DNA of 64,000 bases, from the NCBI GenBank assembly GCA_964016885.1, contig OZ024743.1, positions 290,470,001 through 290,534,000 on the forward strand. The letters are read 5' to 3'. The DNA is from Eledone cirrhosa. Its lineage: Eukaryota. A program made the translations under genes and the position numbers. This document shows, one piece after another, positions 12,078 through 26,407 of the stretch; within the stretch, counting starts at the first letter, position 1, and each line of letters begins with the position of its first letter. The notes beneath the pieces were generated by a model, which saw nothing but the letters and a program-made list of their open reading frames with translations, was not told where the DNA came from and did no database searches.

Positions 12078-12915
12078 CAGTTGCATTTATCTTGCTTTAT
12101 GTTCATACGAGTTATCACCAAGTCACAACCAGTGACCTCAAGAGACAACAAGGTCCGCCATGTTCAAGAAAGAACATACACTACCACACATGCATCTGTA
12201 GTGTTTAGACTTGTGATGTACTTATATTGACAGAATCTTCCTTAGTATATGGGCAGTTCCCATTAGTACTACCTTTTGTATTTCTCCTATACGCTGGTTT
12301 CCTGGGATTTTCGATAAGTAATCATTAGACCCCTTAGGTATCATTCCCAGAGCGCCTACAACCACTGGTATTGTTTTAGTTCTCAATTTCCACATTTTTC
12401 CAATTTCTATCTCCAGGTCCTTATACTTGCTCAACTTTTCAAATGTTTTTATAGATACATTCTTGTCTATTGGAACAGACATATCAATTAGCCGGCATAC
12501 CCTCTTTTTAAAGTCCTTCAATATTATATCAGGTCTATTTGCATCTATTTTTCGGTCTGTTTGGATGCTAAAGTTCCACAAGATTGAGATGTGATCTTTT
12601 TCAAGTATGGGAGGTGGTTGATGCTCCCACCAATTCTTTTGATGGGGCAGGTCAAAATGCTTACACATTATCCAATGTATGTATTGTGCAGCTCTGCCAT
12701 GCCTGTTTAGGTATTCGGTTGGAGCTATAGGACTGCACATTGAAATTATATGGTCAATGGTCTCTGGTTGTTTTTTGCATACACGGCATAATGGGCTGCA
12801 TCCATTTTTTATTATGTTGGCTTGGTAATTTTTTGTTGGCAGACACTGATCTTGTGCTGATATAATCAGTCCTCCAGTCTCCGATTTCAGTCCAGAGGAT
12901 GCCAACCACTGATGG

Positions 12916-12916
<1 letters not shown>
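12078..12916 (-). mobile_element. Dong-1, 5'-truncated (zinc finger, RLE and 3' UTR)
   Basis: ORF 12222-12905 is nearly identical to 2656-3402; TTA tracts on both sides. Confidence 0.93.
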
Positions 12917-12957
<41 letters not shown>

Positions 12958-14527
12958 AATAATAATAGTTGTTGTTTTTGTTGTTATTAGGACGTGAAAG
13001 AAGAGGATTGAGAATAAGAAAGAAAACACAATGTACTTGCAAATGATGAAAGCGACAGGCGCATGTTAGATAAACTTCGAATCAACTGGAGTACTACCTT
13101 TCATTCAATGAGATAATTCAGTAATCTAAATATCAATGTTTAGTCAGCTACGCCAAACAGCAGGGATTTATGACAATCGAAATCCTGAAGCATATGCGGG
13201 AATGTACTGGAGAAAGATTGCCGTGTAATTGTTAAACAGATTTTCTACAATAAGAATGTCATAAAACAATGTGTGTCATTGTTTATTTAGAATATCAAAT
13301 GGATTGAGCTATAGAACTTTATGTACAGATTTCACAATGGCCATGTTTGGAAATAAGAAATAATATCCTAAATTGGTGAAAAGTTATGAATGGGTATTAC
13401 AAATATCGATATGGTGTAAATATCTTTCTTGTTGACAGTTGATCTGCAAATACCCTTTGTGATTCGTTTAATACAAATGTCCGTGACTGTATCTGAAAGC
13501 TTAAATCCTAATGGAGTTTGTAGAAACAGATCCACAGTAATCTGCCCATATGATTGTGTAATATACCAACTTGATCAATAAGCATGATATATAGATAAGT
13601 CAATGATAAATGCTATCTGACTCTTCCTCTTGAGATAAATGAAAAGTATCATGATGAGAAATACACGATTCAAAATGAAATGAATATTGTTAATGAAAAG
13701 ACCGGGCGAGTATTACGTTCTGAAGGAATTTATTCGATTCAGATCAAGTATGTCAACGGCAGACAATGTTGGTCTTTAGTATTTCGTGGTATATTACAAC
13801 TTGACAGTATCAGGAATAAAGGCATGAATACAAAATTGATGAATAGAAGAACACAGTTCTTAAATGAAAACGGAACTGTCAGAATGATGTCAGTTAAACT
13901 TTAGAGTGCCTTCGATTTATTGGTTACGTATTATTGAACTTGACCGTTTATATTTGTCATAAACAGAATCGTAAAACACGTGAAAGAAAAATATAATAGA
14001 ACTGCGGTTTATAGAAGAGGGATTTTATATGTTACATGACATTTAATATAGCTACAGGTTTCAAGAATATATGAAGACGAAAATATAATTAATAACCCTT
14101 TACCAATATATTTGAACATAGGAGATAAAGATATTTTACATATTTCAAATATATTAACTCTATATTAAAAACCTGCATGTACTATTTGAATTTAAAAATG
14201 GATATATAAAACATATTCTCTTATATAGTAAATTCAAATATATTTTCACGTTTAGAGAGCCATGCTTTGAATATAATCGCATATGCTTATATAGAAAAAC
14301 GTGTTTTTATTTTATTTATATAGTTCTTCATGCAGTAGCATTCTGTACGATTTTTGTATTTTGGCTTTATTATATTTCCTCTTAGTCTCCCGTGTTATTA
14401 GCACAGTCTTCGTGTTTTAGATTCTTAATGTTAGTTTTTGTTGGTTGTATTGTGGTTGTTATTTGTTTTATGATAATATATGCTTACTTTTACGTGCTGT
14501 TATATACAAATTGCTGATATTATTGTT

Positions 14528-14712
14528 GGGGTGAATTGGCAGTATCGGTAGAGGGTCGGACACCATGCTTTCCAGCATAGTTACGTCCCTTTACTGTCTG
14601 AGTTCAAATCCCGTCCAGGTTAACTTTGCCTTTCATCCTTGCGGGGTCGATAAAATAAAGTACCAGTAATGTAGTGGGTAATTGCTGGTCTTCTGCCAAA
14701 AGTAGAAACAAT
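14528..14712 (+). mobile_element. tRNA-derived SINE, same family
   Basis: Colinear with 11866-12049; ends AGTAGAAACAATTATT. Confidence 0.88.
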
Positions 14713-14755
14713 TATTGTTGGAATAGAAAACCAAAATGTAGATATTCTAGGCTCC

Positions 14756-14963
14756 GAAAAAAAGTTCATAGGCTGAAACTCTGATAAGTTGACCAAGATA
14801 CTCTCAATGAATGACCAAAATGAGGTTTATTTTTCAACATATTTCCTGGAAATAAACAATGCTGGTATTTATAACAACATTTGAAATTAATGCATGTAAG
14901 ATTTCAAAGCTCTAGCATCAATTTTTCATAGTCAGATTATGAAAGTTTCCGCCATCCCTCGTA
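14756..14963. mobile_element. Tc1/mariner-like non-autonomous remnant
   Basis: Left GAAAAAAAGTTCATAGGCTG and right ATGAAAGTTTCC..CCCTCGTA resemble mariner TIRs ending in CCCTCG-TA; degraded. Confidence 0.45.
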
Positions 14964-16099
14964 TGGTTTAGTTATATATCAATATACGCATATTATTGGT
15001 ATGCTTCGACAAATATACTTCAATATTAGTTTAATTCTGTTATAGCTGTCGGTTAAATCCATCTATATATTACCTCGATTATGCAACTGATATATTTCCA
15101 GGTATTAATATATCGGACCTTAATTATCATATAATCTCATTAACTATTACCTTCGTAAATAATTTGACGCACAACTTATTGAAATTAAATAATTTCCGAA
15201 ACTATGCCCACCGTATTTAGTGATTCACGAATAGTTTAAACATATATGATTTTATATGAAATAAACTGAAAAAGAAAACATAAGTAAAATTCATAATTGA
15301 GTAAAAAGAAAATATTTTAGGTCGTTTTGCGTATTAAATTCACAAGACATTCCTATTTCAAGCAGTTTCAAAATGTTATGAAACTATTACGCATAATGTT
15401 TTATGGGGATTAACACAATGAATTTTAAAGTAAATAGACATATATTTTCCTCATAAATATCATAATGCATTACATACATTTTTTTTTATATTTCTGTGTT
15501 TTCCATCTCTCTTTTGAAGAGCTGATTATTTTTTCATTTGCCAAAGTTGTATTTCTTATTTCTGGCGCCTAGAGTGACCACCAACAAGGGCTTCATCCCA
15601 GCCTTAATTATTCAGCCGACAATTACTTCAAATTAATGTTTAACAATTATTGAACAACGAAGATATCTAATGCATTCTAGATGTCTATAGAATATATGAT
15701 CATATTGAATGATCTCTCCTTTTTCCTTTTTTGTTTAAATAGAAACCTATATTTTATTTCCGTCTGTGAGACTGTCAGTTCAAGCTTATTTGACATTCAA
15801 TTAATGACATTGTTCTCTATTAAATTGTGTGTCTGTTTGCGCACATTAGCTGTTAGATGTGTGTGGGTTGTTTGCTTGAAGTGTACTACATATTGTTAAT
15901 GCGTTATAAATATGTAAATGTAGTGCTTGTATGTCTAGGCAGCAGTTACATACGTATCCGTTGTCGTTACAAGTGATTTTGTGTGTTTGAGTGCTTCACC
16001 TGTATTGCAAATACGTCAATGTATTGTTTACAATAATAAGCTTTTCATTTATAGCTAATATCTATTTTCAAAAATAGAGGATTCACATGAAATAAATTA

Positions 16100-18090
16100 T
16101 TTAATAAGGTATGACTTCTTCATTTGTTGTAAGAAAAGAGCTTTAAAAAGCAGGTGGTGGGTTGCATTAAATGGAGAAGTATCGGTGAGTGTTATTAAAT
16201 AGTCAGATAAAGAACATAGAAGAGCAGAGAAAGAAAATATTCTGACGTTTTGAAGCTCGTAGCTAATGTGATTGGTGTGAGAATAACCCTCGACAATTAC
16301 TTCAAAGCAAAACGGAAAGGGTGTATTGTCCGTACAATAATGCTTTCACTAAAATATTAAGTGTCGATAACTGTTCACTGGGTCCCGATAGCAGCTGCAG
16401 AACGTTGCATTAAAGCCACCATTCGGTCTCTATTCTATCACTATTCTGACAGAACACTGAGGATTTATAAAATCTGATCCTAAGAAGGTGTATGCGATTT
16501 TCCAGCTGGCTTTTGCCGAACGTTTCGTGAGGACTGACTAAAGATGATAGACTTCAGTTTCTACATCAACATCCAGCCTCTTCTCTGGTGGATTGTTGCT
16601 AAATACTGATCTCAGCAGCTGAAATGACAGGCGTGCTGAGCCAATATGCGAGGATTAAAGTATCAGAGTTGGATGGTCTACACTATGAGTTGCACTTCCA
16701 TATGTCTGACTTGTTAACAACGGGCTTGGCAGCGGGTTACTGCAGCTGGTAGCATTCCCCGTTGTGTAAGTCAGGAAGTGGTGAAACAACTCGAAAGGAT
16801 CCAAATCAAGGTGACGTAATAAAACATTACTGGATTGCATCTCTACTGAGCACAGGGCTGTAATTTTTTGTAAGGTGCTGACACTTTTCATTTATTATGT
16901 AGCCGGGAATACACAAACTTGTGTGATCTCTGGAAGATCTATCTCGACTGTTAACCGCTACTCATGGTGGAAGATGCAGTGTGCTTTGAAAACTCGTTAA
17001 TACCAGTCAAAGTATGGGAAGTCCAATGCTGCTGTACTATTCATAAACCGTCTGGTTCGGATGGCCTACCCTAAAATGTTTATTCCAGTCCTATTAATAA
17101 AACACAGAATAATTCTCATATCTTTAAGTTGGCGAATAACAGTACCGGCGAGGAAAGGCGAGTAAAATACAAATATATTCGAAAGTTTGTGGTGCCTGGC
17201 TCTCCTTAACACACAGTTTTAGATGTTGTCCAATGTGCTAAGAAAGAGATTTGTGCTTTTTGTCAAGCGAGTGGTTGGGAAGGCACCAGTGTGTGCAATT
17301 CCAACCAGTTCTAGTCAAGACAAGCTCAATCTCATGCAATATATCATGGTGAGGGTACAGAATAAACATGGTCGCGGTAGAGCTCTGGTGATTTTGGATC
17401 AATCGAAAGTTTTCGCCTGTAGGACGTATATTTAAGTTTAGCATCGTCTGCTTTAGTCCGGACTACCAAATGTATATTACAACAGTGAGAAGTTTACGAA
17501 GGGAATCACTCTCAACTAGAAATCGGCCGATAGGAAGCTAGTCTTTAAATGTCAGGAAAACGGGAGAAATGTATACATCATCTCCGTAATATATTACTTT
17601 GCCCTAGATCATACATCACACCTCTGGAGAACCTGCTCTTTTACTTCTTCTGGAAGAAATAGGTGCTACTGGTCAGGTGTTCTGCTGCCAACGTCCTTTT
17701 TGCGGCGTGCTCAGAATTTTGTGGCTGAGCATGCGCAACCATTTTCTGAGGCTCCGACATTTGCAGATTTTCCCGAAGGTTGATCAGCTATCACCACCAT
17801 TTGACAGATATGTCTTTTACGCAGCTCGTCTCTTTGACTGAGATGCAGTCATGGATCAAGTGAAGTATTTCCCCTGCTTCCCTTTATGCTCGGTTTGATT
17901 TCGGATCTTTGGGGTACGTAATATCCACCTGGGTTGTGCTTCTGTCTATTGGGGAATTCTTTTCTTTTAAATTTAATGTTATTTTCTTACATGCTTTATT
18001 TTTATACAGACTTGATTTTGTTTAAATCGTAAACTAACCATATCCATCTATATTGTCCTTTGTTTTTCTGTCTATATGGCCAACAAAAGA
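16100..18090 (+). mobile_element. Old, internally deleted Tx1 copy
   Basis: Colinear patches: WWVAL (about 16156), LDGL.YEL (about 16668), ORF 17223-17435 resembling KILAKVL..QTCAIP..LDQSK, CTCGTCTCTTTGACTGAG.TGCAGTC.TGG (about 17825), and 3' UTR CTATTGGGGAATT (about 17946). Boundaries approximate. Confidence 0.75.
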
Positions 18091-18134
18091 ATGCAATATT
18101 ATAACCTGCTGTTTGATTTTGTCATAATTGCTAG

Positions 18135-18265
18135 AGAGTTGGGTGAAATGCATTACATTACTTCATTACACACTTCAACATTTTGGATTCAAATTACACC
18201 CAGATCCAAGTTGCCTTACCTCCTTCCCAGGTCGATAAAATAAAGTAGCAGTCAATTACTACGGT
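18135..18265 (+). mobile_element. Diverged SINE remnant
   Basis: GATTCAAAT..TTGCCTT..CCTTCCCAGGTCGATAAAATAAAGTAGCAG matches the SINE core. Confidence 0.6.
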
Positions 18266-18913
18266 CAATATAATCGAATTTCCTCGACATTCCAGGCTTT
18301 CTTCCGGACGCAGTAAATCAGGTGTCATTATCCTTTTGACAACTTTTCTAGGATAATTGTAATTTCATCCATGAAAAACCTAGCCTCGTTTTTCTCTGCA
18401 CGATAATATATTAGATAATTGAAATTATGAATCTAATTTATGTGACGTGCAACTTTTGGCGACATAAATAGTAATGGATATATAATATAGAAAATCGCTT
18501 ATATAGAAAATCGCTTATGAACAGAGATCCTCATAAATATATCGTACACATATGACTATCCTTTTTTTGAAAATAGATGCCTTAGCTGTGAAAATATGTA
18601 AATTCTTCCAAATACACCTCAAAACAACTCATGAAATTATTCTTATGTCTACAGTTCCACGATTAAATTCTTATTACCAGAACAAGATTACTCTACGTCA
18701 AATGTATGGCAGTAAGGTATATTTATTTGGTACACAGGTCTTTTTGATTTAGGTCTGCTCAGATTATTTACTTTTCAATCTTTTAACAAGTTAGCGTTTC
18801 TCTAAATTTTCTAATTTCATTTTCAAGATACTTCACAGTCTATTTCAATCTCTCATTGTCTCTCGATCCCTCTCATTCTCACTCACACACACTCTCTCTC
18901 CGTCACTCTCCCC

Positions 18914-18964
<51 letters not shown>

Positions 18965-19669
18965 GCTAGTTTTCTACTATTATTCACAGTCTCTTTTATC
19001 TCACCTTCAATTCTTGTTTCACCCGGAGGATATATCGAAGAATTCTATTGAACTAATTGTCTCCTCGGGCGATCAAAAAGACAATACTACCATTCTTAGA
19101 ATGAACAAAAAAGAACAAAAATATAACCGATCTTCCATTCATAATATAAAAACAAAAATAGAAATCGCAATATTTCGGAAATTATCACTATTATCAATAC
19201 CATCGACTCAATCCTTCATATACAAATTATTATCATTTATTTTGTTATTATACTTAATAATCGTTATCAACATCAACAATTATATTATTAATATTATTAT
19301 ATATAGTTACATTTATTAATACTGCTATTCAGTACTAATATATATATTTATTTATTATGAACATCACATCAGGATTGTATACTTGGATAATGTTTTCCAG
19401 TTTGTTTCTTGTTAACATAACGAAGCTAGAAAATCCATGAGAGATAATATTTATAATATAGTGCTCCGATGGTATTAAGACGTTAAGGCTGTCAAATTCA
19501 TTTTGAAAAGAGTATTTGTAGCTTTACCTGACAGTTACGTTAACAAAGAAATAGAAATATAGAAATAGAAAAGAAAATGAATGAAATGTTTTCAATTGGA
19601 AACAAAGAGATAAACAAATATATGAAACACAACATGGAAAGAAAGCGCACAAGTTATGTACGAACACAC

Positions 19670-20190
<521 letters not shown>

Positions 20191-20654
20191 GCAAATATAT
20201 AGAATATACGTAATAAATCCACAACATATTTCTTCATCAAACTTAATCCTCCCCAGTCTAAAGTAATTTAATCCAAATGCTGCCAATCAAAACACTTATG
20301 GATTTTTATATCCGCTTGGATTTTCAACATGTTTAGGAACTGAGAAACAACGAATTTTCTACTTGTTTACTCACTAATTTATTTCGTTATGCCTTCATTT
20401 AGCTAAAACGCACACACACATACATATATATATAGAAGTGTGGGTGGGTGTCTATGTGTGTGTGGTAAACATGTTATCCTTTCCCGTCTCCAGGTGTTGA
20501 TATATTCAATTTGATCGACTAGTTCGTTAGTCAAAACTCCATGGGTAATCCAACATACATACAGAATTCAAAAGTTTCTCAACGCTCAGTTAATACAATT
20601 GACATATGTCTCTGTCTCAGTCTCTCTCCCTCTCTCTCAATCTCTTTCTCTTTC

Positions 20655-20710
<56 letters not shown>

Positions 20711-21322
20711 GCAATCTCACTCTTTATATATATATATATATAAACACGTATATGTATGTTTGTGTGTGAGTGATTGTATGTGTGATTGTGTACGTGTAAG
20801 CATATGCATAAATACAAGCACACACGTATATATAGTGTGTGTATATCTATGTATAGTTTTGGGGTGTTAAATGTGTGTTCAATTCATACGATAGTTGTTT
20901 ATAAATTATAGATTCTGTATAATTATATTTGTCTTTTATTTTTGAATTGATTTTTTTTTTGTTGTGCTTATGGAGAATAGGAGGATTTGTTTTTTATTTT
21001 TGATGCAACTTTATATTCATAGCTGACATATTGTTCATGGATCCAGATAATTGTGGGTGAAAATATTCTGGAGTACATGGATATATAGTTACAGACTCAT
21101 AACTATGTGTGTAGTCATGCCTAGTGCATGTATAGTGTAGCTGGGAAATGGAAACCATGAAAACATTAATACAGATTGAGTATTTTGATGTTTATTCATA
21201 TATTCCTATATATGTTCGTGAGCATTGTAAGCGAGAGAGAATTCGACGTACTGTATGCATTCACACTCGTGCATACTTAATATGTATATATACCACAACT
21301 CGTGTGTCACACCTCTATTTTT

Positions 21323-21377
<55 letters not shown>

Positions 21378-21379
<2 letters not shown>

Positions 21380-24300
21380 CGAAAACTTGGACAGGAATAA
21401 AAACAGAGAGGCAGACAAATAAAGGTTTATGAGGTTCACGCTCTTGAGAGTGGGGGTTGGGGACGTTTCGGTCATAAGCTCCTCTTCAGGAGAAAATTGC
21501 GTATTAAGAGAGTTCCGAGGGTGTGTAGAGGAGGGGTGGAAAGACATTTAGAAAAAAAGGGAGAAGGAGAACAAATAAAAATAAACATAAAAATAATCAT
21601 AAAAATAAACATAAAAATAAACAATAAAATGAACAAGTGGTGGAAGGGTGTGAGAGGTGTATGGGTGGTGGCGGTTGGAGATGGGAGAGGGAGGCGGGGA
21701 AGGCTGAAGGTGGTGTTTGTGTATGTGTGTAGGTGTACGTGTGTGTGTGTGTGCGTGTGTATGTGAATGTGAGAGTTGGGGTTAGAACGAGGTTCCATGT
21801 TCAGGAAAAGGTGTGTGAGTGAGGTGGGGTGTAATTCGTGTGTGCGTGGGTGTGGATTCCGGTGTGTGTGTGAGTGTGTATATGTGGGTGTACGCACGTG
21901 TGTGTTTATGTTTATACGTGGTGTGGATGTAGGTGGCGTGGTGCGAAAAAAAATGTAAGTGTATGTCCGTGGGTAAGCTCCTAAGGTAGTTCCGTGGAGT
22001 GTGCGATGAGGGGCTGGATATTTTTCATGTAATGGAGTGGATGGCTGGAACGATGGCCGGTGGTGTACAATTCAATGTTGGTGGTGGTCGGAAGTGGAGG
22101 CAAGTGGGGTGCGCGCGCAAAGGGAAGTTGTCAGAGGGTCAAGGTAGGGTGAAGAGATAGCAGTAGAGGAGGATGACAGGCGGAGGAACGGTCAGTGTGG
22201 TGACTTCTGCGTGTGTCTGTGTGTGCGGAGGTGCGGTGGACAGGGGAACGATGGGTAGGTTTGAAGGGTTGAGGGGGAAGATGGGGATGTGGGGCATGGG
22301 GTGATATTAGTAGGGGTGATGTTAGTGCGATGTGTGTGTGTGAAGGGGTGTAAGTGGAACGCGGAGAGGGAGAGGGAGAGAAAAGGTGTTGGGGCGGAGG
22401 AGGGAGTGTAGTGCACTGGTGTATGTGTGTGTGTGTGTGTGCGTGTTTCGATGAGTGTGTATGAGGTAAAGGGGGTGTTAGTGGGTGTTAGTATTACATG
22501 TGGTGGGGAAAGAGTTGAAAGCGGGTGTGTAAGTGGTGGTTAGTGGTGGTTGGGTGTGTGGAGTGGGTAGTGTACATAGCTGTGGGTGTTTGTGTGTGTG
22601 ATGGTGTGTGTGTTCGTGTGCGTGGGGTCGGGGGAGGTTAGTGATGTTAGTTGTGGGGTGGTCAGAGTAGATGTGTGGGTGAGGGTTAGTGGTGGTAGTA
22701 AGGTGTGTGGTTAGTGTGCGTGCGTGTATATATGTTCAGGTGGGTGTGTGCGTGTTAGAGGGGACTGGGGATGTTAGTATTGTTAGTTGGGGGAGGGCCG
22801 GGGGTGTGGTCGGGGTGTTAGTATCGTTAGTTGTGGGGTGGGCCATGGGGGAGGGGCGGTGAAAAGGAGGCGTGTGTTAGTGGTGTTAGTGGGAAATATG
22901 TGGGGGGAAGGGTGAGCGGTCCAAGGCTAAAGGAATAGGGGTGGGGAGTTCAGGCCAGGGGGTGTGTGGGTCTGTAGGGTGAAGATGGTGCGTTGCTCGA
23001 CCGTGAGGCGGGTGGCGGTTGTTCCATGGCATTAGAGTATGCCACAGACTGTGAGGTGGTAGGCGGAATGTCCAGGGTAGCAAAAGTGGCGGGCGATCGA
23101 GGAACTCCCGCCGAGACGGATATCCCGGAGGTGTTCCGTGAAACTGTCCGCCAGGCGACGTCCAGTCTGTCCGACGTAGGTTGCGCTGCATTCCGTGCAG
23201 CGAAGTCCATAGACTAGGTTGGATAATGTGCAGCGGAAGGTTTGCCGGACAGAGAGAGAGTGGTCGTTGGGTCCATGGAAGGTGGTGGTGTTGGTAATGT
23301 GGGGGCAGGTGTGGCAACGAAGCCTGGAGCAGGGAAGGGATCCGGGGCAGTGCGTGGATTGAGGGGTAGGGAGCTGTGTACTAGGAGGGTGCGGAGATTG
23401 CGTGGCGTTTGAATGAGGGGGGATGGGAAGATGGGGGAGGTGGAGGGGTCGGACTGGAGGCGTCCAAAGATGCGCAGGATGGCGCGGTGGAGGGGTGGTA
23501 GGTGATGTGGAAGGGGAGACAGTGGGTGGGTGTGCGGTGGCGTGGGGTGAGTGCGGTGGAGCGGAGGACGACACGGGCGCGAGTGAGGGCGTTGTGGACG
23601 AGAGGGGGAACCTCGTCGGATGAAATTGCTGACTAGGGAAAGGCCCTGGGACTCAAAGTCAGCATCTCGGTTGCAGAGGCGGCGGATCCGGAGGAGTTGC
23701 GAGTAGGGAATAGAGTGTTTAATGTCTGTAGGGTGGGAGGAGGTGAAGTCGAAGTAGGAGTGGGAGTCGGTGGGTTTGAAGAAGGAGGAGGGGACGAGGG
23801 AGCGGTGGGAGATGTCTAAGAAGTGGTCGTGGGTGGTGGAGATAGAGGTTGTGAAATGGAGAGAGAGGTGGAAGGAGCAGAAGAAGGAAAGAAAGGAGTC
23901 GAGCTGTTCTTAGGTGAGCATCGTGGCTCCGATACGGTCGTCGATGTAACAACCGTACAGTTCGGGCGTGGGACCGGTGTACTGGGCAAATATTTGGGCC
24001 TCAACATGGCCAACGAAAAAGTTGGCAGAGTTTGGGCCCATTCTTGTGCCCATGGCTACCCCCGTGACCTGTTGGTAAAACTCACCCGAGAAGTAGACGC
24101 AGTTGAGAGTGAGGACCACCTCGGCGAGGCGAAGGGGGGTGGGGTGGAAGGGATGGGGGAGATGCGAAGGTCAAGGTAGTGCCGGGAGGCACGTAGGCCG
24201 TCGGCGTGGGGATGATAGTATAGAGGGACTTGATATCTAGAGTTTAAAGGAGGGTGTATGGGCCGGGTGGGAAAGTGAAGGACTCGAACAGGCGAAGGGC

Positions 24301-24788
24301 GTGGTTGGTTTTGGAGATGTAAGAAAGGAGGGTGGTGACAAGGGGGGCAAGGATGGAGTTAAGAAAGGCGGAGATGAGTTCGGTGGGGCAGTTGCGAGCG
24401 GAGAATTTGGGGCAGCCGGGGTTGTCGGGTTTGTGGAGTTTGGGGAGGAAGTAGATAGTAGGAGTGCGGGGGGTGCGGACGATGAGGTGGGAAACGGTGG
24501 GAGGGAGGAGGTAGGAGGAGACAAGGTGTCTGATGGTGGAGGGAACTTGTTATTGGTAGAGGGTTCGAAAGGTAGAGGTCGGTAGAAGAGGGGGTTACGA
24601 ACCTGCCTGGGGGCTTCTGTGATGTAGAGGTCAGCGCGCCAAACCACCACGGCGCCTCCCTTGTCCGCCGGTTTGATGACGATGTCATCTCGGCTACAGA
24701 GGGAGCAGAGAGCGAGGAGTTCGCCCCGTGAGATGTTATTTCGTTTGGAACGGTGGCGGAAGTTGAAGTGATTAACTGCGCAGGCGGC

Positions 24789-24790
<2 letters not shown>
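21378..24790 (-). mobile_element. Penelope-like element (Poseidon type), 5'-truncated and decayed, between (TA)n tracts
   Basis: [13 protein letters not shown] (ORF 24237-24902), QVTGVAMGTRMGP..YIDD (23910-24119) and GIY-YIG NLVYGLRCTECSATYVGQTGRRL..EH (23032-23574); C/A-rich 3' UTR with a hammerhead-like motif. Confidence 0.88.
21462..21489 (-). ncRNA. Degenerate minimal hammerhead ribozyme in the PLE pseudo-LTR
   Basis: Minus strand reads CTGAAGA-ggagcttatgacc-GAAACGTC; stems I and II are weak. Confidence 0.55.
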
Positions 24791-24830
<40 letters not shown>

Positions 24831-24903
24831 GTATACACACGCACACACACACACACATGTATATATATATATATACATACACATATATATATATATATAC
24901 ATT

Positions 24904-24978
<75 letters not shown>

Positions 24979-24982
<4 letters not shown>

Positions 24983-25100
24983 ATGTTTAAACCCGACAGC
25001 AGAACGCGAGCCGTTTCGACGGCTATTTCTGGACTTTTTACCCACTCTACTACCCTAAGTATTGAGTACTCTGGTGCTTTATGGTTCATCTGTAGTTACC
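24979..25100 (+). mobile_element. Short TA-flanked element of the CCCGACGGCAGAGCTCAAGCCG family
   Basis: Arm plus tail (CACTCTACTACCCTAAGTATTGAGTACTCTGGTGC) shared with 26408, 28603, 33569 and 42376. Confidence 0.7.
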
Positions 25101-25292
25101 GATGATGTTGATCTTTTCTACTTTTCGGTTTATAGCTACGGTCGCTTAGAGAGTGGGATTGGGTCAGTGCACAGTATTTCCTCACTTTAAAAAATATCGT
25201 CACGCACAGGCATTGAACGATAGAATTAATTAATAATTATTAATAATGGTATATCGTGCAATGGCCATACTCGATACCAATATATATATATC

Positions 25293-25345
<53 letters not shown>

Positions 25346-25518
25346 ATGTAGGAAAATGTTTATAATAATACTATTTATAGTTATGTATATACTATAATCA
25401 ACTAAAAACAGGAAAGTTCAGTAATTTCCTACTACCTTATTACCAGTAAGGGAAATAGCTCAATGTAAGAACATCAGCTGTTTAACAGAGCATGAACATA
25501 ATTATTTATTCATTTATT

Positions 25519-25606
<88 letters not shown>

Positions 25607-25607
25607 A

Positions 25608-26298
25608 GCATTCTACACCACCGGGCATCTCTCCAGCCATCCACTCCATAACATGAAAAATATCCAGCACCTCTTCTCACACTCGATGGAACTACCTCAG
25701 GAACTTACTCACGAACATACACTCACATTTTTATTCGCACTGCGCCACCCACATTTACACCACACATAAACACAAACAAACACGTGCGTACCCCCACATA
25801 TACACACTCAACCTCCGGAATCCACACGCACCCTCACTCACCCCCTGACCCCCTCCTGCCACACGCACACACGCACCGACTTACACCCCACCCACACACG
25901 CATCTTTTCCTGAACATGGAACCTCGTTCTTCCTCTCACGTCCACACACACACACTCACATACACCTACACACATACACAAACACCACCTTCAACATTCC
26001 CCGCTTCGACCCCTCGCCCAACTCCACACGCCACCACCCTTACACGCCTCACATCCTTCCACCACTTGTTCATCTTATTGTTTATTATTTTTTTTATTTT
26101 TACGTTTATTTTTATTTTTATTTGTTCTCCTACCCCCTTTTTTCTAAATGTATTTCGACACACCCTCGGAACTCTCTTCCTAACCTATTTATCCTGAAGA
26201 AGGACTTATGCCCAAAACGTCCCACCACTCTCATGAGCGTGAACCTAATAAACCTTTATTTGTCTACCTCTCTGTTTTGTTCCCGTCTAAATTTGCAC
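25608..26298 (+). mobile_element. 3' pseudo-LTR fragment of the PLE family at 21378-24790, diverged, opposite orientation
   Basis: Colinear with the reverse complement of about 21380-22050; decayed hammerhead CTGAAGA-aggacttatgccc-AAAACGTC at 26194-26221. Confidence 0.82.
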
Positions 26299-26310
26299 TA
26301 TATATATATA

Positions 26311-26388
<78 letters not shown>

Positions 26389-26407
26389 TACATATATATA
26401 TATATAT

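Noticed and set aside
12991-13046. Possible small exon after TTGTTATTAG (RERRGLRIRKKTQCTCK*)
   Set aside because: The acceptor is made of microsatellite, the frame is very short and nothing else supports it.
19005-19085. Minus-strand hammerhead-like stem (CCCG..GGAG/CTCCGGG-TGAAAC)
   Set aside because: The CUGANGA core is not intact and stems I and III are not evident; at most a decayed PLE end.
21378-26298. 25608-26298 as the inverted pseudo-LTR of the 21378-24790 element
   Set aside because: It is too diverged, retains its own tail and is separated by other inserts; more likely an independent insertion.
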